The notes below the pieces were generated by a model, which was not told where the DNA came from, did no database searches, and worked only from the letters and a program-made list of their open reading frames with translations. A program made the translations under genes and the position numbers. DNA of 64,000 bases from a virus, in the IMG/VR virus record IMGVR_UViG_3300006750_000002, positions 64,001 through 128,000 of that record; one strand, given 5' to 3'. This document shows, in pieces, positions 9,690 through 19,345 of the stretch. Within the stretch, counting starts at the first letter, position 1. Every line of letters begins with the position of its first letter.

Positions 9690-11075
9690 ATGAAAGAGAG
9701 TAAGAGTTTTGGTTACCTAGGGCACACGTTTCAAGTCAAACTTATTAACCAAATAATAACCGACAAAAAATTTGCAAATAACATAATTGAGGTCATAGAA
9801 CCAAAGTATTTCGACAATCAATATTTTAAATTGATTGGTCAGATGAGTAAAGAATATTTTGAGAAATATAGTACCCCACCTACCTTTGACGTACTAGACC
9901 AAATGACACGACTAGAAGTGTCTTCTGATATGGCAAGAACTAACATCTTCGATATGTTGGCAGAGATTAGAGAATGTGATGTGGAGGACCACTTGTGGAT
10001 ACAAGAAAAAGCTTTAAAATTTTGTAAACAACAGGAATTAAAAAAGGCTATCACCAAAGTTAATAAGATAATTGAAAAAGGAGACTTTGAATCTTATGAT
10101 AAGTGTGAAGAGTACATTAGGATAGCTACTCAGATAGGTGAGGTAGATGATGGGGCTATGGACGTATTCCAAGACCTAGACGAGGTCCTTGTTGATGACT
10201 TTAGAGACCCAATACCATTAGGCATAAATGGGATAGACAATATTTTAGATGGGGGACTCGCTAAAGGGGAAATCGGTGTGTTTTTAGCTCCTACAGGTGT
10301 AGGGAAAACCACGATTTTAACTAAGGTAGCTAACACTGCTTATAATATGGGTTTCAGTGTATTACAGATATTTTTCGAGGATAACCCAAAAGTCATACAA
10401 AGAAAACATTTAACCTGTTGGTCAGGAATACCGGCACAAGAACAATCCACAAGAAGAGAAGAGGTTCTGGAAAAAATAGCACCATATAAAAACGGTAGGG
10501 GGAAACTAATAATAGAAAAACTACCCTCTGATAGGATAACGATTCTTTCAATAAAGAACAGAATAAGAAAATTAGTTGCGGAGGGGAATAAGTTCGATAT
10601 GATTGTTTTAGACTATATTGATTGTGTTTTACCAGATAAACACTTTAATGAGGTGTGGCAAGGAGAAGGTCTTGTAATGAGACAATTTGAAAGTATGTGT
10701 AATGAATTAGATGTTGCGGGATGGACTGCCGCTCAAGGTAATAGGACATCTATAAGTTCTGACGTAGTGACTACTGATATGATGGGTGGTTCCATTAAGA
10801 AAGCCCAAGTAGGACATGTTATCATTACATTAGCTAAGTCTCTACCACAAAAAGAAATGGGTCTTGCCACAATCGCCATTACTAAATCTAGGGTAGGGAA
10901 AGACGGCATTGTCTTTGAAAATTGTAAGTTTGACAATGCCACATTAGAAATAGATACAGAACAATCGCAGACTTTATTAGGGTTAGAACAAGATAGAGAA
11001 AGAAGAACAGCTGAACGGGTGAGAGCCGCGTTAGACAGACGAAACCAACAAATAAATCAAAAACAAAACACATAA
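9690..11075 (+). CDS. dnaB: replicative DNA helicase, DnaB / T4 gp41-like
   Basis: Walker A APTGVGKTT, IVLDYID, TAAQGNR, ITKSRVG. Confidence 0.9.
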   Translation: MKESKSFGYLGHTFQVKLINQIITDKKFANNIIEVIEPKYFDNQYFKLIGQMSKEYFEKYSTPPTFDVLDQMTRLEVSSDMARTNIFDMLAEIRECDVEDHLWIQEKALKFCKQQELKKAITKVNKIIEKGDFESYDKCEEYIRIATQIGEVDDGAMDVFQDLDEVLVDDFRDPIPLGINGIDNILDGGLAKGEIGVFLAPTGVGKTTILTKVANTAYNMGFSVLQIFFEDNPKVIQRKHLTCWSGIPAQEQSTRREEVLEKIAPYKNGRGKLIIEKLPSDRITILSIKNRIRKLVAEGNKFDMIVLDYIDCVLPDKHFNEVWQGEGLVMRQFESMCNELDVAGWTAAQGNRTSISSDVVTTDMMGGSIKKAQVGHVIITLAKSLPQKEMGLATIAITKSRVGKDGIVFENCKFDNATLEIDTEQSQTLLGLEQDRERRTAERVRAALDRRNQQINQKQNT

Positions 11076-11076
11076 G

Positions 11077-12984
11077 ATGAGTGAAAGTCAAAATATGCAA
11101 ATATCAAATAGAATATTGTCAGACATTACCGTATACATGAAGTATGCAAAGTACCAACCAGAATTAAACAGAAGAGAGACTTGGGAGGAGTTGGTTACTA
11201 GAAATAAAAACATGCATATTAAAAAGTACCCCACACTAAAAGATGAAATTGAAGAAAAGTATAAATTAGTGTACAGTAAAAAAATATTACCTTCGATGAG
11301 GTCGATGCAATTCGGTGGAAAACCTATTGAAATCTCTCCTAATAGAATTTACAATTGTGCTTACTTACCGATAGATTCGATTGACTCGTTCAGTGAAACA
11401 ATGTTTTTATTGTTAGGTGGAACTGGAGTCGGGTACTCAGTCCAAAAACATCATGTGGTAAAATTACCAGTAATTCAAAAACCGTTCCCAAAACGAAAGA
11501 AAAGATTTTTAATTGGGGACTCTATTGAAGGTTGGGCAGACGCAATTAAAGTCTTAATGAAATCGTATATGAATGGTGTGTGTTCTAGAATCGAATTTGA
11601 CTTTTCAGACATTAGACCAAAAGGGGCAAGGCTTATAACCTCTGGTGGTAAAGCTCCAGGACCCCAACCACTAAAAGAATGCCTACTTAAAGTGGAAGGT
11701 ATATTGGAATCAAAAGAAAATGGTGAACAATTATCCACATTAGAAGTACATGATATTATTTGTCATATCGCGGATGCTGTATTGGCGGGAGGAATTAGAA
11801 GGGCAGCTTTAATATCTTTATTTTCAGCTGATGATGATGAGATGATTGGGGGTAAAGCTGGTAATTGGTGGGAATTGAACCCACAGAGAGGTAGAGCAAA
11901 TAATTCTGCGTGTCTAATGAGACATAAAATTACTAAAGAGTTTTTTATGGAGTTATGGCAAAGAGTAGAATTGTCAGGTGCTGGAGAACCAGGAATTTAC
12001 TTTAACAATGACAAAGATTGGGGGACAAACCCCTGTTGTGAAATTGCGTTGAGACCTAACCAGTTCTGCAATCTCTGTGAGGTTAATGTTTCAAACATAG
12101 TGTCACAGGAAGATTTAAATGAAAGAGTTAAAGCAGCTGCGTTTATTGGGACCTTACAGGCGGGGTACACCTCTTTCCATTACTTGAGAGAAATATGGCA
12201 AGAGACCACAGAAAAAGATGCTTTAATTGGTGTTTCTATGACTGGAATTGGTTCTGGTAAAGTATTGGATTACGACATGTCAAAATCAGCAAGCTTAGTA
12301 AAAAGAGAAAATAGTAGAGTCTCTAGGTTAATCGGAATAAACCAATCAGCTAGATGTACTACAGTAAAACCAGCGGGCACTACATCATTAACCTTAGGTA
12401 CGTCATCTGGCATCCATGCATGGCATAATGATTATTATATTAGGAGAATTAGAGTAGGTAAAAATGAATCTATGTATGGTTATTTGAGTGAAAATCATCC
12501 AGAATTGATTGAAGATGATTATTTTAGAGGTCATGATACCGCGGTAATATCCATTCCTCAGAAATCTCCAGATGGGTCAATCCTAAGGACAGAATCCCCA
12601 TTCCAACTACTAGAAAGAGTAAAAAAAGTAGCTCAAGAATGGGTAAAAGTTGGACATAGAAAAGGTTCTAACACACATAATGTGTCAGCTACTATTTCAT
12701 TAAGAAACCACGAATGGGATGCTGCTGGTGAGTGGATGTGGGAAAATAGAAAACACTATAACGGATTATCGGTACTGCCTTATAATGGAGGTACGTATAC
12801 CCAGGCACCATTTGAAGATATTACTAAAGAAAAATATGATGAAATGATGGAATCGTTAATGGACATTGACTTAACTAGAGTTATCGAGTTAGATGATAAC
12901 ACTAATTTATCTGGAGAATTGGCTTGTGCAGGTGGTGTTTGTGAAATAGATGTGGATTTAAGTGAAATTAAACTAGAGGTATAG
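11077..12984 (+). CDS. nrdJ: class II (adenosylcobalamin-dependent, monomeric type) ribonucleotide reductase
   Basis: LPSMRSMQFGG, NCAY, GGIRRAA, TNPCCEI, NLCEVN, TTVKPAGT and C-terminal ACAGGVCEI Cys pair; no beta-subunit gene adjacent. Confidence 0.9.
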   Translation: MSESQNMQISNRILSDITVYMKYAKYQPELNRRETWEELVTRNKNMHIKKYPTLKDEIEEKYKLVYSKKILPSMRSMQFGGKPIEISPNRIYNCAYLPIDSIDSFSETMFLLLGGTGVGYSVQKHHVVKLPVIQKPFPKRKKRFLIGDSIEGWADAIKVLMKSYMNGVCSRIEFDFSDIRPKGARLITSGGKAPGPQPLKECLLKVEGILESKENGEQLSTLEVHDIICHIADAVLAGGIRRAALISLFSADDDEMIGGKAGNWWELNPQRGRANNSACLMRHKITKEFFMELWQRVELSGAGEPGIYFNNDKDWGTNPCCEIALRPNQFCNLCEVNVSNIVSQEDLNERVKAAAFIGTLQAGYTSFHYLREIWQETTEKDALIGVSMTGIGSGKVLDYDMSKSASLVKRENSRVSRLIGINQSARCTTVKPAGTTSLTLGTSSGIHAWHNDYYIRRIRVGKNESMYGYLSENHPELIEDDYFRGHDTAVISIPQKSPDGSILRTESPFQLLERVKKVAQEWVKVGHRKGSNTHNVSATISLRNHEWDAAGEWMWENRKHYNGLSVLPYNGGTYTQAPFEDITKEKYDEMMESLMDIDLTRVIELDDNTNLSGELACAGGVCEIDVDLSEIKLEV

Positions 12985-13058
12985 ATATACCATATTGTCT
13001 TAGGGTTGAAAGAGGTAGGTTATTGGGTTAGTTAGGGTGGTTAGTATTTATATGTTAT

Positions 13059-13253
13059 GTGTTTAAAAAAAAATTTGAAAAAGAAGATTTTTATTTGAAT
13101 GATAAAGGCTTAATGGTATTAACAGAAAAATACCATATAAAAAGAGGTTCTTGTTGTGGTGGAAAATGTAAACATTGCCCCTATTTCCCATCATACCAAA
13201 AATCTAATAAAGAACTCAGAGAAGATGTGTACGTTGGACCTACACGGTTATAA
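13059..13253 (+). CDS. small Cys-rich protein, DUF5522-like
   Basis: DFYLNDKGLMVLTEKYHIKRGSCCGGKCKHCPY pattern. Confidence 0.7.
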   Translation: MFKKKFEKEDFYLNDKGLMVLTEKYHIKRGSCCGGKCKHCPYFPSYQKSNKELREDVYVGPTRL

Positions 13254-13443
13254 AATTGATGAGATGTATGGTGTTATTGATAGTTTTTTGTGTGACCATA
13301 AGTTATATAAAACAAAAAATTTAGAAGTAATTACTGGAAACGGTAAGGTAATTAAATCCGTAGTCACTGTATTAGCAGAGAATTACGGATTTCTATGTAA
13401 ACCACACATATACAATAAAGAAGTTATGTCTCTTTCAGTTTAG
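13225..13443 (+). CDS. stand-alone Smr (MutS2 C-terminal-like) domain protein
   Basis: ATG at 13225 gives MCTLDLHG...EVITGNG, both Smr signature motifs; overlaps the previous ORF by 29 nt. Confidence 0.7.
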   Translation: MCTLDLHGYKIDEMYGVIDSFLCDHKLYKTKNLEVITGNGKVIKSVVTVLAENYGFLCKPHIYNKEVMSLSV

Positions 13444-13476
13444 AATTATAAAACCTAATATTTATAAATAAAACTC

Positions 13477-13935
13477 ATGGTAGAAAGAGAGACGTTTGGT
13501 ATAGATTTTCCTTTTCAAGATAGTGCGTATGGTGACTATTTGAAAATGACAGAAACTCCTGAAGCCGAAATTAAAGCTAATTTAATACATCTACTATTAA
13601 CTAGAAAAGGAAGTAGGTATTTCTTACCGGATTTCGGAACTTCTCTGTATGAGTATATTTTTGAACCTCTTGACTCACCTACTTTTTCGTCTATCGAAGC
13701 GGAAATTAGAGAACAAGTCATAAAATACATACCTAATCTTAAGATAACTAGTATTGACGTGACAAGTGCCTTAGACACTGAAGAACTACCTGGGACGATA
13801 GTTGCGGATAATGACCCTAGAGTATATAGGGTTGCGGGTCAAGGGACTAAAGAACATACCGCTAAAGTGCGGATTGATTTTACCATAACTAGTGATGCTT
13901 TTGAAACACGAGACTTCGTAATAATTAATATTTAA
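13477..13935 (+). CDS. baseplate wedge subunit, T4 gp25-like
   Basis: GIDFPF, NLIHLLLTRKGSRYFLPDFGTSLYEYIFEP, IKYIPNLKITSIDV. Confidence 0.88.
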   Translation: MVERETFGIDFPFQDSAYGDYLKMTETPEAEIKANLIHLLLTRKGSRYFLPDFGTSLYEYIFEPLDSPTFSSIEAEIREQVIKYIPNLKITSIDVTSALDTEELPGTIVADNDPRVYRVAGQGTKEHTAKVRIDFTITSDAFETRDFVIINI

Positions 13936-13937
13936 TA

Positions 13938-15791
13938 ATGGCTAATAATAAAATATCATATTCTGAGAGAGACTTTGTGGGGTTAAGGGGAGAGCTTCTA
14001 ACCTACGTTCAGGACCAATACCCAGACCTCATCCAAAATGCTAATGACGCCTCTCTATTTTCAGTGTTTTTAGATTTAAATGCTGCAATAGGGGACAACC
14101 TCCATTACCATATAGATAGAAGTCTTCAAGAAACAGTCCTTCAGTATGCTAACCAAAGGTCATCAATATATAATATCGCTAGGACTTATGGTTTAAAAAT
14201 ACCCGGGACTAGACCTTCCGTGTCGGTTTGTGATTTTACCATAACCGTACCAGTACTACAAACGTCAGGAGGAGGTGATAAAGAAGACTTTAGGTATTTA
14301 GGCACATTAAGAAGAGGGTCACAAGCTAAGGGGGCCGGCCAAGTATTTGAAAACATTCACGATGTTGATTTTTCGGTACCATTTGACGCTACAGGATTCC
14401 CCAATAGAACTAAAGTACCTAATTTTAACAATAATGGGAATATAGTTAGTTATACTATCACAAAAAGAGAAGTGGTTATAAATGGCATAACTAAAGTCTT
14501 TAAAAGAGTAATTAGTGGTAGTGATGTGTTACCATTCTTAAAAATATATTTACCAGAAAAAAATGTTTTAGGTGTTACCGGAGTACTCCAAAAAGACGGA
14601 ACCAACATACAAGCGGTCCCAAAAGCTACTGAATTCATTAACTCCCAAAATAAATGGTATGAGGTGGATGCTTTAGCTCAAGATAAAGTTTTTGTCGTGG
14701 ACACTAGTAAACCTTCTGATTTACCTGGAGTTAAAGTGGGTAAGTGGAAACCCGTAAATCAAAGATTTATTACGGAGTATACACCCGAAGGGTTTTTCTA
14801 TCTTACAATGGGTGGTGGTACTAGTAGTGGGCAAGAGAGTTTAGACGACTTTACACAACAAGGGTTTACCATGGATTTAAGTAGGTATATGAATAACCTA
14901 TCTTTAGGTCTTTCCCCTAGAGCTAATACTACCTTATTCATACAGTATCGTGTCGGTGGTGGTAAATCCACAAATATTGGACCAAATACTGTGAATAGTT
15001 TTGGGACTATAGATTTTGTTGTTAATGGGCCTAACGTTAATCTAAATAGGTCAGTAAGTGAGTCGTTAAGTGTAAACAACGTTACTGCGGCAATTGGAGG
15101 AGCTAACCAACCTACAGTGGAAGAGATTAGAAACTACATTGGATTTAATTTTTCTTCTCAAAAAAGAGCTGTAACCTTATCTGACTATAAGGTACTAATA
15201 GATACAATGCCTTCAGTTTTCGGTGCTCCCGCTAAGTGTGGTGTCATGGAAGTAGAAAATAAAGTAATGGTGAAACTACTTTCCTACAATACAGATGGTA
15301 CTTTAACGTCTAATGTGAGTACTACTCTAATGAACAATATAAGTGAATATTTGTCAGATTATAGGATGTTAAACGACTACATAACCATCCAACCGGCAGA
15401 AGTAATTGACCTATCTTTAGAAGTGGATTTATTAATTGACCCTTCATTTAATAGTGGTGTTATTATCACTAATATAATTAATGCTACAAATGATTTCTTT
15501 GCTCCTAAGAATAGAGAAATGGGGACAGATATTTTTGTGGGGGAACTAATTAAAAATCTTGCTGCTCAAGATGGTGTAAAAAACTTAATAGACTTAAGAA
15601 TCTACAATAAAGTCGGGGGTGAGTACTCCAGTAACCAAGTGTCCCAAAGATACTCAAACCCCGAAACTAAACAGGTAGAATTGATTGATGGGGTGATATT
15701 TGCACAACCAACACAATCATTTCAAGTTAAGTTCGCAACCAAAGATGTTGTGGTACGAGTAAAATCAACAAATCAAACAACAGTAACCTAA
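13938..15791 (+). CDS. baseplate wedge subunit, T4 gp6 / baseplate J-like
   Basis: RDFVGLRGELLTYVQDQYPD...YHIDRSLQE...SSIYNIARTYG; YRVGGG; QKRAVTLSDY; follows gp25. Confidence 0.85.
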   Translation: MANNKISYSERDFVGLRGELLTYVQDQYPDLIQNANDASLFSVFLDLNAAIGDNLHYHIDRSLQETVLQYANQRSSIYNIARTYGLKIPGTRPSVSVCDFTITVPVLQTSGGGDKEDFRYLGTLRRGSQAKGAGQVFENIHDVDFSVPFDATGFPNRTKVPNFNNNGNIVSYTITKREVVINGITKVFKRVISGSDVLPFLKIYLPEKNVLGVTGVLQKDGTNIQAVPKATEFINSQNKWYEVDALAQDKVFVVDTSKPSDLPGVKVGKWKPVNQRFITEYTPEGFFYLTMGGGTSSGQESLDDFTQQGFTMDLSRYMNNLSLGLSPRANTTLFIQYRVGGGKSTNIGPNTVNSFGTIDFVVNGPNVNLNRSVSESLSVNNVTAAIGGANQPTVEEIRNYIGFNFSSQKRAVTLSDYKVLIDTMPSVFGAPAKCGVMEVENKVMVKLLSYNTDGTLTSNVSTTLMNNISEYLSDYRMLNDYITIQPAEVIDLSLEVDLLIDPSFNSGVIITNIINATNDFFAPKNREMGTDIFVGELIKNLAAQDGVKNLIDLRIYNKVGGEYSSNQVSQRYSNPETKQVELIDGVIFAQPTQSFQVKFATKDVVVRVKSTNQTTVT

Positions 15792-15865
15792 TTCGTTTAC
15801 ATATTTTAATCTCCGATTAAATTTGATTTTGAGTAAATAACTATTTATTTTATAAAGAATCAAGT

Positions 15866-18800
15866 ATGTCTAAATCTTATAGGATTAAAGCAAAACCTAA
15901 TGAAGACAAAAATATTTTTGTTAATTTAGAACAAGACTTTGACCAATTAGAAATATTAAGTTTAAAAATTGTCAAATCAGATGCCTATTCTAGGACATGT
16001 GCTGATTATGGCGTGGTCGTAGGTCGTGCTCAAGCAAATGGTGGCTTTGGTATCCCTAACGCTAAGGTTTCTATTTTTATACCTATTACTGATGAGGATG
16101 CGGAAGATGAAGTAATTTCACAACTATACCCTTTTAAAAAAATTAGTGATAAAAACGAAGAGGGTTATAGGTATAATCTATTACCTAAAATTTCGGAAAG
16201 TTGTAACCACAATGCCACTGGAAACTTTTTTACTCCAGAAGAGGTAATCAATAACCCTGTAATATTAGAGGTATTTGAAAAATACTATAAGTACACCACT
16301 AAGACTAATGAAAGTGGTGATTACATGTTGTGGGGGATACCCCTAGGTAATCAAACCATACACGCAAGTATAGATGTTAGTGACATAGGGTGTTATTCGA
16401 TGAGACCGTATCAATTCATAAGGCAAGGAGTGAGTGCTTCTAAGTTTGAAAGTGCGTTAGAATTTAAAACTTCTGAAAATCTGGACACATTGCCTCAGAT
16501 ATCTTTACAAAATAAAGCCATAGAAGTGGTCCCTTTTTGGGGAGATGAGAAACTATGTGGGGTGGGGATAACTAGAGTAGATTTTGATTTACGAGACTCG
16601 GGTGTAGAGATAGTTCCGAGTTCTACTTTTATTGGTTCTATTATTACTGATGATGATAGTAATTACGTCTCAATAGATGGGGTACCAACCAAAGGACAAG
16701 GTCAGTTATGTAATCTTACTACAGGTACTGGAACCATTGAAGCGATTAGGCACACGATATTGAAAGAAGATGATGGGTGTACAACTAAACTGGAGAAGTT
16801 TAATTTAGATAATGGTGGTAAGGTTATTGACGGAAATGGTGCGTGGGTAACCCAACTACCAATGAACCTAGACTTCTTAATAACCAACGAATACGGGCAA
16901 AATATAGTGTCAGACGACCCTAAGGTTGGGATACCTACAAAGGCTAAATATAGGTTTAGAATTTCTTTCGATGGGACAGGTGGGGAAGTTAGAAGCGGAA
17001 GATATTTAGTACCTAACCTAAGAGAATACTCAGACCCAACCCAAACGGATAGGTCCTATAATTTTTCAGACAAATTAGAAGATTATCCAGAAGTGACTAC
17101 ACCTACTGATATCTATGGTTCTCCCGCAAATCAATGTGCTGACTATTTTTATGAGTTTGCACCTAATAGAGTATATACAGTCGCTAATTTTATAGATAAT
17201 TATCGAAAAAATGTGATACACAGCGAAGACAATAGAACAGCTAATAGTAGGTGGAGATTCCTAGGGATTAAAACCATTAACCCACCTGCAGAAAGCCGAT
17301 GTACGGACATCACTAAAGAATTTCCTGTAAGTGATGCGTTTAGAGGGGGGACCACTAGGTTTTCCACTATGCAAATTACTAGATTATTACAAGTAATAAC
17401 ACTTACACTCACAGCTTTAATAATTGGAATACAACTGTTAATGATGGTCCAATCATTTGGTAATCAGGCTCTTAGAGGCACTACGGTGATGTCATTAATA
17501 ACCACTGCGGGCATAGCATCCGCTTCGGTTATTAATGCACCTGTAGGTGCCGCGATTATGTCTAATTTCATAGCAGACCTGATTTCGGCTATCTTCGCAG
17601 TAATTTTATCTGTAGGACTTATTTATATACCTGTGGGTATTAGTATGGTACAGAATTTTTATGTGGTAAGACAATTATATAATTACCCTAACTGTGAACC
17701 ATGTTTCTGTGGTACGGCTTATAAATTTAATCCTTATGCACTAATAAGTGGGTTAATGAACCCTAGTGATAGGGTCCAACAAGAGACGATTGGTGACGAC
17801 CCCGGTAGTGTAAATAATTGTAATGGGGAACGATATATGGAGGGGTTTAAGGAGCACAACGCTTGGTTTTGGAAGGGCAAACAAAACGACCACCCTAAAG
17901 GGTGTTATGTTCTCCAGTTTAGGGATGGTGTAATGGTCGCCTATATCACTGCCCTCAGTGCGATTACTGCATTTTGTTTCATCCCTTTTAATGTTGGGGC
18001 AATCGGAACGTACGTCGCTTTAAGTCTTGGACTTATGGCGGTATTAATAGCAGTAATAGATAGTGTTTATAAAATATATGTGAGTCTAAATCAATGGAGA
18101 ATTCTTGCTAATATCTATACAGGTTTGTGTGAAGGAGTATTTAATATGAAGTTTAGTAATAATTGGATTAACGGTACCTTATATTACCCCAAGTTCATAA
18201 CAAAACAACTAAAGATTAACCCAACTAGTGGCCTACCTACGCCCAACTCCACTACGGACTATTGTGATAGGGTAGTTAAACATATGGATGATGGTACGGG
18301 TAGTTTCTTCTATTATAGAAGTTGCCCATACGAATTATCTGAATTTATCGATTATAATCACAACGTTGATGTTGGGGTCGGACCCGCCGCGGAACATAAG
18401 GGCATAAATTTCCCAACTACCATAACAGATTTGGGGCCATTGGACCCTTGCATATTGGAACTATGTGAAGAAAATATTGAAGACAGTGACCAATGTATCT
18501 TTATTCAGAAATTAAAACCTAGTAGCTTCCAACCCACTGACGAGCTTTTGGGTATGATTATAGAAAGAAAAATAAGTGTAATAAGTGTGAATGGAGATGG
18601 GTATTATTCTTTTAACTGGGCTGGAATAAATAAGTTCTTTGGTTCTGACGACGCTCCCAGTAACAATATGAACGTTAATTTGGGGAATAGAAGATGGGGA
18701 AGTAACGGTACCTCCAGTAATCCTGGTGACAGAAGGAATAGAGCGATAGATGGTGGTATCGCACAAACACTAGCGACAAATAACCAAATGGGGATATCAG

Positions 18801-19345
18801 TTTATACGAGTGACGAAACTGACCCGTATTACGGTACTACTACTCCGTGGTACACTAACTTTGGTGTCCCGGGTGAGGACTCCGCTAATGCCATTACTCG
18901 GTTTTCTACCAGAATATCATTAATGCCTAGAGATACGGACCTAATAAAATGTATTCAGGGTGGGGTAAATGGGTCCCAAAACACCCAAGTAATACCTTAT
19001 TATGGGTGGAGGTCTAATGTAGGTTATGGTAATTGGGATAACGACTATGATTGGGGTAACGTAAGTGTAAAAGGAAACCAACAAGGGATACTATACCAAG
19101 CCCCAGACAGTGAGGGTGATGATGGGACTTGGGCAACACCATATTATTATGATGGGGGGACATTACCTCCGTTAGGTTATTTTATGAGTGTCCCCTTACC
19201 ACCAGCTACTGACCCACCTCTATCACAAACAGGAACTTTCAGACTGGGAACTGGGTTGTATTTTTATTTTGGTCTCCGTCAAGGAGGGTCCGCTTACGAA
19301 AGGTTCATAAACGAATACTTACCACCAAAAGATGATGGAGAGTAA
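15866..19345 (+). CDS. baseplate-region protein with carboxypeptidase-regulatory-like N-terminal domain and hydrophobic (membrane-like) segments
   Basis: 1159 aa; VVGRAQANGGFGIPNAKVSIF...TKTNESGDYMLWGIPLG; two long uncharged hydrophobic blocks at about 17380-17650 and 17925-18070. Confidence 0.6.
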   Translation: MSKSYRIKAKPNEDKNIFVNLEQDFDQLEILSLKIVKSDAYSRTCADYGVVVGRAQANGGFGIPNAKVSIFIPITDEDAEDEVISQLYPFKKISDKNEEGYRYNLLPKISESCNHNATGNFFTPEEVINNPVILEVFEKYYKYTTKTNESGDYMLWGIPLGNQTIHASIDVSDIGCYSMRPYQFIRQGVSASKFESALEFKTSENLDTLPQISLQNKAIEVVPFWGDEKLCGVGITRVDFDLRDSGVEIVPSSTFIGSIITDDDSNYVSIDGVPTKGQGQLCNLTTGTGTIEAIRHTILKEDDGCTTKLEKFNLDNGGKVIDGNGAWVTQLPMNLDFLITNEYGQNIVSDDPKVGIPTKAKYRFRISFDGTGGEVRSGRYLVPNLREYSDPTQTDRSYNFSDKLEDYPEVTTPTDIYGSPANQCADYFYEFAPNRVYTVANFIDNYRKNVIHSEDNRTANSRWRFLGIKTINPPAESRCTDITKEFPVSDAFRGGTTRFSTMQITRLLQVITLTLTALIIGIQLLMMVQSFGNQALRGTTVMSLITTAGIASASVINAPVGAAIMSNFIADLISAIFAVILSVGLIYIPVGISMVQNFYVVRQLYNYPNCEPCFCGTAYKFNPYALISGLMNPSDRVQQETIGDDPGSVNNCNGERYMEGFKEHNAWFWKGKQNDHPKGCYVLQFRDGVMVAYITALSAITAFCFIPFNVGAIGTYVALSLGLMAVLIAVIDSVYKIYVSLNQWRILANIYTGLCEGVFNMKFSNNWINGTLYYPKFITKQLKINPTSGLPTPNSTTDYCDRVVKHMDDGTGSFFYYRSCPYELSEFIDYNHNVDVGVGPAAEHKGINFPTTITDLGPLDPCILELCEENIEDSDQCIFIQKLKPSSFQPTDELLGMIIERKISVISVNGDGYYSFNWAGINKFFGSDDAPSNNMNVNLGNRRWGSNGTSSNPGDRRNRAIDGGIAQTLATNNQMGISVYTSDETDPYYGTTTPWYTNFGVPGEDSANAITRFSTRISLMPRDTDLIKCIQGGVNGSQNTQVIPYYGWRSNVGYGNWDNDYDWGNVSVKGNQQGILYQAPDSEGDDGTWATPYYYDGGTLPPLGYFMSVPLPPATDPPLSQTGTFRLGTGLYFYFGLRQGGSAYERFINEYLPPKDDGE

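Noticed and set aside
12985-13045. G-rich spacer with TTAGGG-like words; possible G-quadruplex or cobalamin riboswitch
   Set aside because: Only three GGG runs, no riboswitch core, and it lies downstream rather than upstream of nrdJ.
13156-13224. GTG start at 13156 for the Smr ORF
   Set aside because: It lies deep inside the DUF5522-like gene; ATG 13225 sits directly before the LDLHG motif.
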